A stretch of 62,380 nt of DNA, the filler included, from Choristocarpus tenellus KU-1152 (Eukaryota; Protista; Phaeophyceae): the NCBI GenBank assembly GCA_964200185.2. It is 8 parts of 8 records of this genome, joined end to end, with 100 filler letters (N's around TTAATTAATTAA, not from the genome) between each part and the next. Parts side by side here need not be neighbours in the genome. Positions count along the whole stretch, not along the records: positions 59,734 to 62,380 come from CAXNAD020025991.1; 7 more parts are not named here. One strand, given 5' to 3'. Both the position numbers and the translations under genes were made by a program. The notes beneath the pieces are model-generated. The model was not told the origin of the DNA. It searched no databases and saw nothing but the letters and a program-made list of their open reading frames with translations. The stretch's first letter is position 1. Each line of letters opens with the position of its first letter. Shown in pieces: positions 60,043-62,380 of this stretch.

Positions 60043-61244
60043 GTGGGAAGGGCCAAGTGGCGTCCCGGGCATTTGAATCACATCTGTACCACGTCTTACA
60101 CAAGCGATCCGGAGATGATGGTCTATGACATCACCAGGCCGTTTGTTCCTCTGGTTGTGCTGGGGGGGGGGTCGGAAGTGAAGTCCGGTTTCTGCTGGTG
60201 TGATACGCCTGCCCTGCCATGTGGAGAGGAGGTAGGTCGTGCTCGACTGTCCTAAGGTGAAGTTACGGAGTGTATATATGTATATATATATGTATATATA
60301 TTTATTTATTTTTATTTGTAGTTAGGTTTAAATATTCGTGTGTGTCCATAAAATATGTAAGTGTGCTTTGGAATTATTTCATCTCTCTCTATATATGTGT
60401 GTGTTTGTGTATTATTATATTATTTTTTACTTTTGACTGGAACTGTAGAGTTTTCTTTTTAATTTTTTTATCAATTTAACTTTTCTTTTCATTTTGAAGA
60501 AAAAAAAATAGTTGTATTGCCTGTACTGTAGAGATAGAGAGAGTTGGACAAAAGAGGAACAAGTCCCATGTAATGTAGTCGACAGCTACCAATAGGAATA
60601 GGAATAGATAATGGAGGATACAAAAAGTTAGCCTTAAAGACACTTGGAGAGAATGTAACGGTCAGTCTCAAAGAGACATTACAAAAGAAAAAGAAATAAG
60701 TTTTTTTCTTTTGCAGGTCTCTTCAGAATAATATTCGGTACATTGCTCTCCCCTCTTTTTGTTATTTTTTATTATTTGCAGTCCTTTTTGCCCTGACTTG
60801 CTTCCAAAGAGTGTTTTTTATTGTACCGGTACCAGAAATGTTCTGACCCTAACCCTATAACCCTAACCCTTGTCATGAGTGTGTCACACCTGTCCATGAA
60901 CCAATCTTCACACGCTTTTACTCCAATTTGCCATACTAGGGCCCGCCACTCCCCCCCCCCCCCCCCCCTCCCCCTCCTTTGGTCTCACAGTTGTTGCATG
61001 AGATGTGCTCTTTCCGTAGTACCCACCTAACCCACCTTTTTGCACTCAATTCACACAATAAAGTGATACACTAAGTAGTGTATACTATTCTTAAGCCTCT
61101 CCTATGGTGTACTGTAAGTATTACAAGTAAGGATCATTGTAATAGTGGGACATCCTTGCACCAGCTCCCCCCCCCCTCACCCTTCCTCAAACTCATCGCA
61201 CACACGCACGCCATCCAACTAATTTGTCTTGCCTTTGCCTTGTA

Positions 61245-61275
<31 letters not shown>

Positions 61276-62008
61276 ATCCCACACAATATGTATATGTTGT
61301 GAATTTTCTTGGTAACAATGCTTTCACATGTTCCGTGAAATCAGTCTATGTATGTATTATACATGTATATTTATATATTAATGCTTGCCATCATCAATTG
61401 TCTTGACTTCGATTGGCTGCATTCTGATTAGCTGCAACCTGATTGATTGAATACCCTTCCCCCTCCCCCTGCCCCCCCCCCCAACTCTTTTCTTTTCAGG
61501 TGCAAGGACAGAGTGTAAAGACCAACAGGTGGAAGGTCCGTGACGGTCACCCCTCCACCTATGCTCGATCTGGGGGCGGGGGGAGGGGGGTTGAATCCGG
61601 GAGCAGGGGGCACAGCAAGCAGACTAGCGCAAGAGAGGAGGACATGAGTGAATTCTTGGGGGTCTGGCAGCACGTCATTTCCTGTTCGAAGGTGACATCT
61701 TAGTTTTTATTTAGAGATGAGGTGGGGGGGGGGGGAGGGGAGGGGAGCGAGGAAAAAAGAGAAGTATTTTTTTTGTGTGAATAGTGTATGGTTACGTATT
61801 TTTATTTTTTGTAGTGATATTTTTTGGACTAACTTTTATTGTAGGTGATAATACGAATACTACAAAATAGTATGAAATTATGTGTGACAAAGTACAGCAT
61901 ATATATATATATATTGTTATTATTGTTGATGTGCGTAAGCACGCGCACAGGAGGCGTGCTTACGGCGTGTGGGACGCACGGTGTGCTTGTAAGTGTTGAA
62001 TAGAAGTA

Positions 62009-62045
<37 letters not shown>

Positions 62046-62217
62046 TTTGCAGGACGGTTTTGTGAGGTTGCACTCCCTCTCAAGATCGCGTCAGCCAATT
62101 CGTTCAATCAATGCGAATGTCCTTGATGTGGGACCTGGGGGAGAGGTAGCTAGTGTGTATGACAAAGTTGACCGGAGAGAGAGCAGCCTTGGAATATACA
62201 GGAACAGAGACGTGCAG
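60043..62217 (+). CDS. WDR24: WDR24/Sea2-like WD40 protein (GATOR2 subunit), internal fragment
   Basis: Phase-0 exons 60043-60231, 61500-61691 and 62053-62217. Translation: VGRAKWRPGHLNHICTTSYTSDPEMMVYDITRPFVPL..SGFCW ... HVISCSK|DGFVRLHSLSRSRQPIRSINANVLDVGPGGEVA. This matches the WDR24 pattern VARxKWRP...VWDxRRPFVP...LSxSKD...QP. Confidence 0.8.
62010..62043 (+). repeat. (CTG)n microsatellite just upstream of a splice acceptor
   Basis: About 11 CTG units followed by CATTTGCAG| at 62052. Confidence 0.9.
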
Positions 62218-62380
62218 GTGAACGAATGGGAGAGATGACCTTTGTGAATCATGTTTGCATTTGAGAAAGTGTGTGATGTTGAGAGAGAGAGGAAACAGGG
62301 GACGGGGGGGGGGGACTTTTTTCTTTTTCTTCTGTTGTTCTTACCCACCCCCCCCCCCCCCCCCCCGCCCTCTATGTTGT

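Noticed and set aside
60717-60737. Possible 21-nt WDR24 micro-exon (TTTTGCAG|...CG|GTACAT)
   Set aside because: It contains an in-frame TAA in the required phase 0, and the flanking exons join correctly without it. Unsupported without RNA data.
60847-60870. Telomere-like CCCTAA/TTAGGG units (also at about 43418 and 44121)
   Set aside because: Only 2-3 units each and intronic, so not chromosome ends.
61993-62045. Poly-Cys or poly-Ser peptide
   Set aside because: It is the translation of an intronic (CTG)n microsatellite upstream of the acceptor at 62052.
102-62348. Most of the short ORFs in the six-frame track
   Set aside because: They are chance ORFs in introns or repeats, antisense shadows of real exons (for example 21558-21902 and 33125-33652), MITE translations, or runs into N spacers.
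1-62380. Functional clustering of all genes in the window as one system or operon
   Set aside because: The genes sit on eight separately assembled contigs, so neighbourhood across spacers is uninformative. No rRNA, tRNA or prokaryotic defence system was recognised.

Overview
This is eukaryotic, intron-rich DNA, not a prokaryotic locus. It consists of eight contigs joined by seven artificial 100-bp spacers (44 N + TTAATTAATTAA + 44 N), so adjacency across spacers has no biological meaning. An ASAF-type plastid-targeting leader, a flagellar dynein and the LINE type suggest a photosynthetic stramenopile, probably a brown alga or relative (inference). Nearly all ORFs in the six-frame track are spurious or single exons, so I reconstructed the genes by hand from phase-consistent splice sites. 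Genes found: an axonemal dynein heavy chain fragment; a SnoaL/DUF2358-like gene head-to-head with a Rubisco-LSMT-type SET methyltransferase; COQ4 head-to-head with an SRSF3/7-like SR protein; a two-exon gene combining a PP1-docking module with an FABP-like lipid-binding barrel; a Patched/NPC1-like gene head-to-head with an Sfi1-repeat-like gene; and a WDR24 fragment. Mobile DNA includes a decayed chromodomain Ty3/gypsy pol, LINE and probable Copia relics, LTR-like repeats, and at least four related MITE families with 3-bp target-site duplications (TSDs). The best leads are the PP1-docking/FABP protein, the excess of GC-AG introns, a MITE that inserted into and rebuilt a splice donor, and a sterol-sensing domain lacking its acidic motif. 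All homology calls come from motif recognition by eye; no searches were run.
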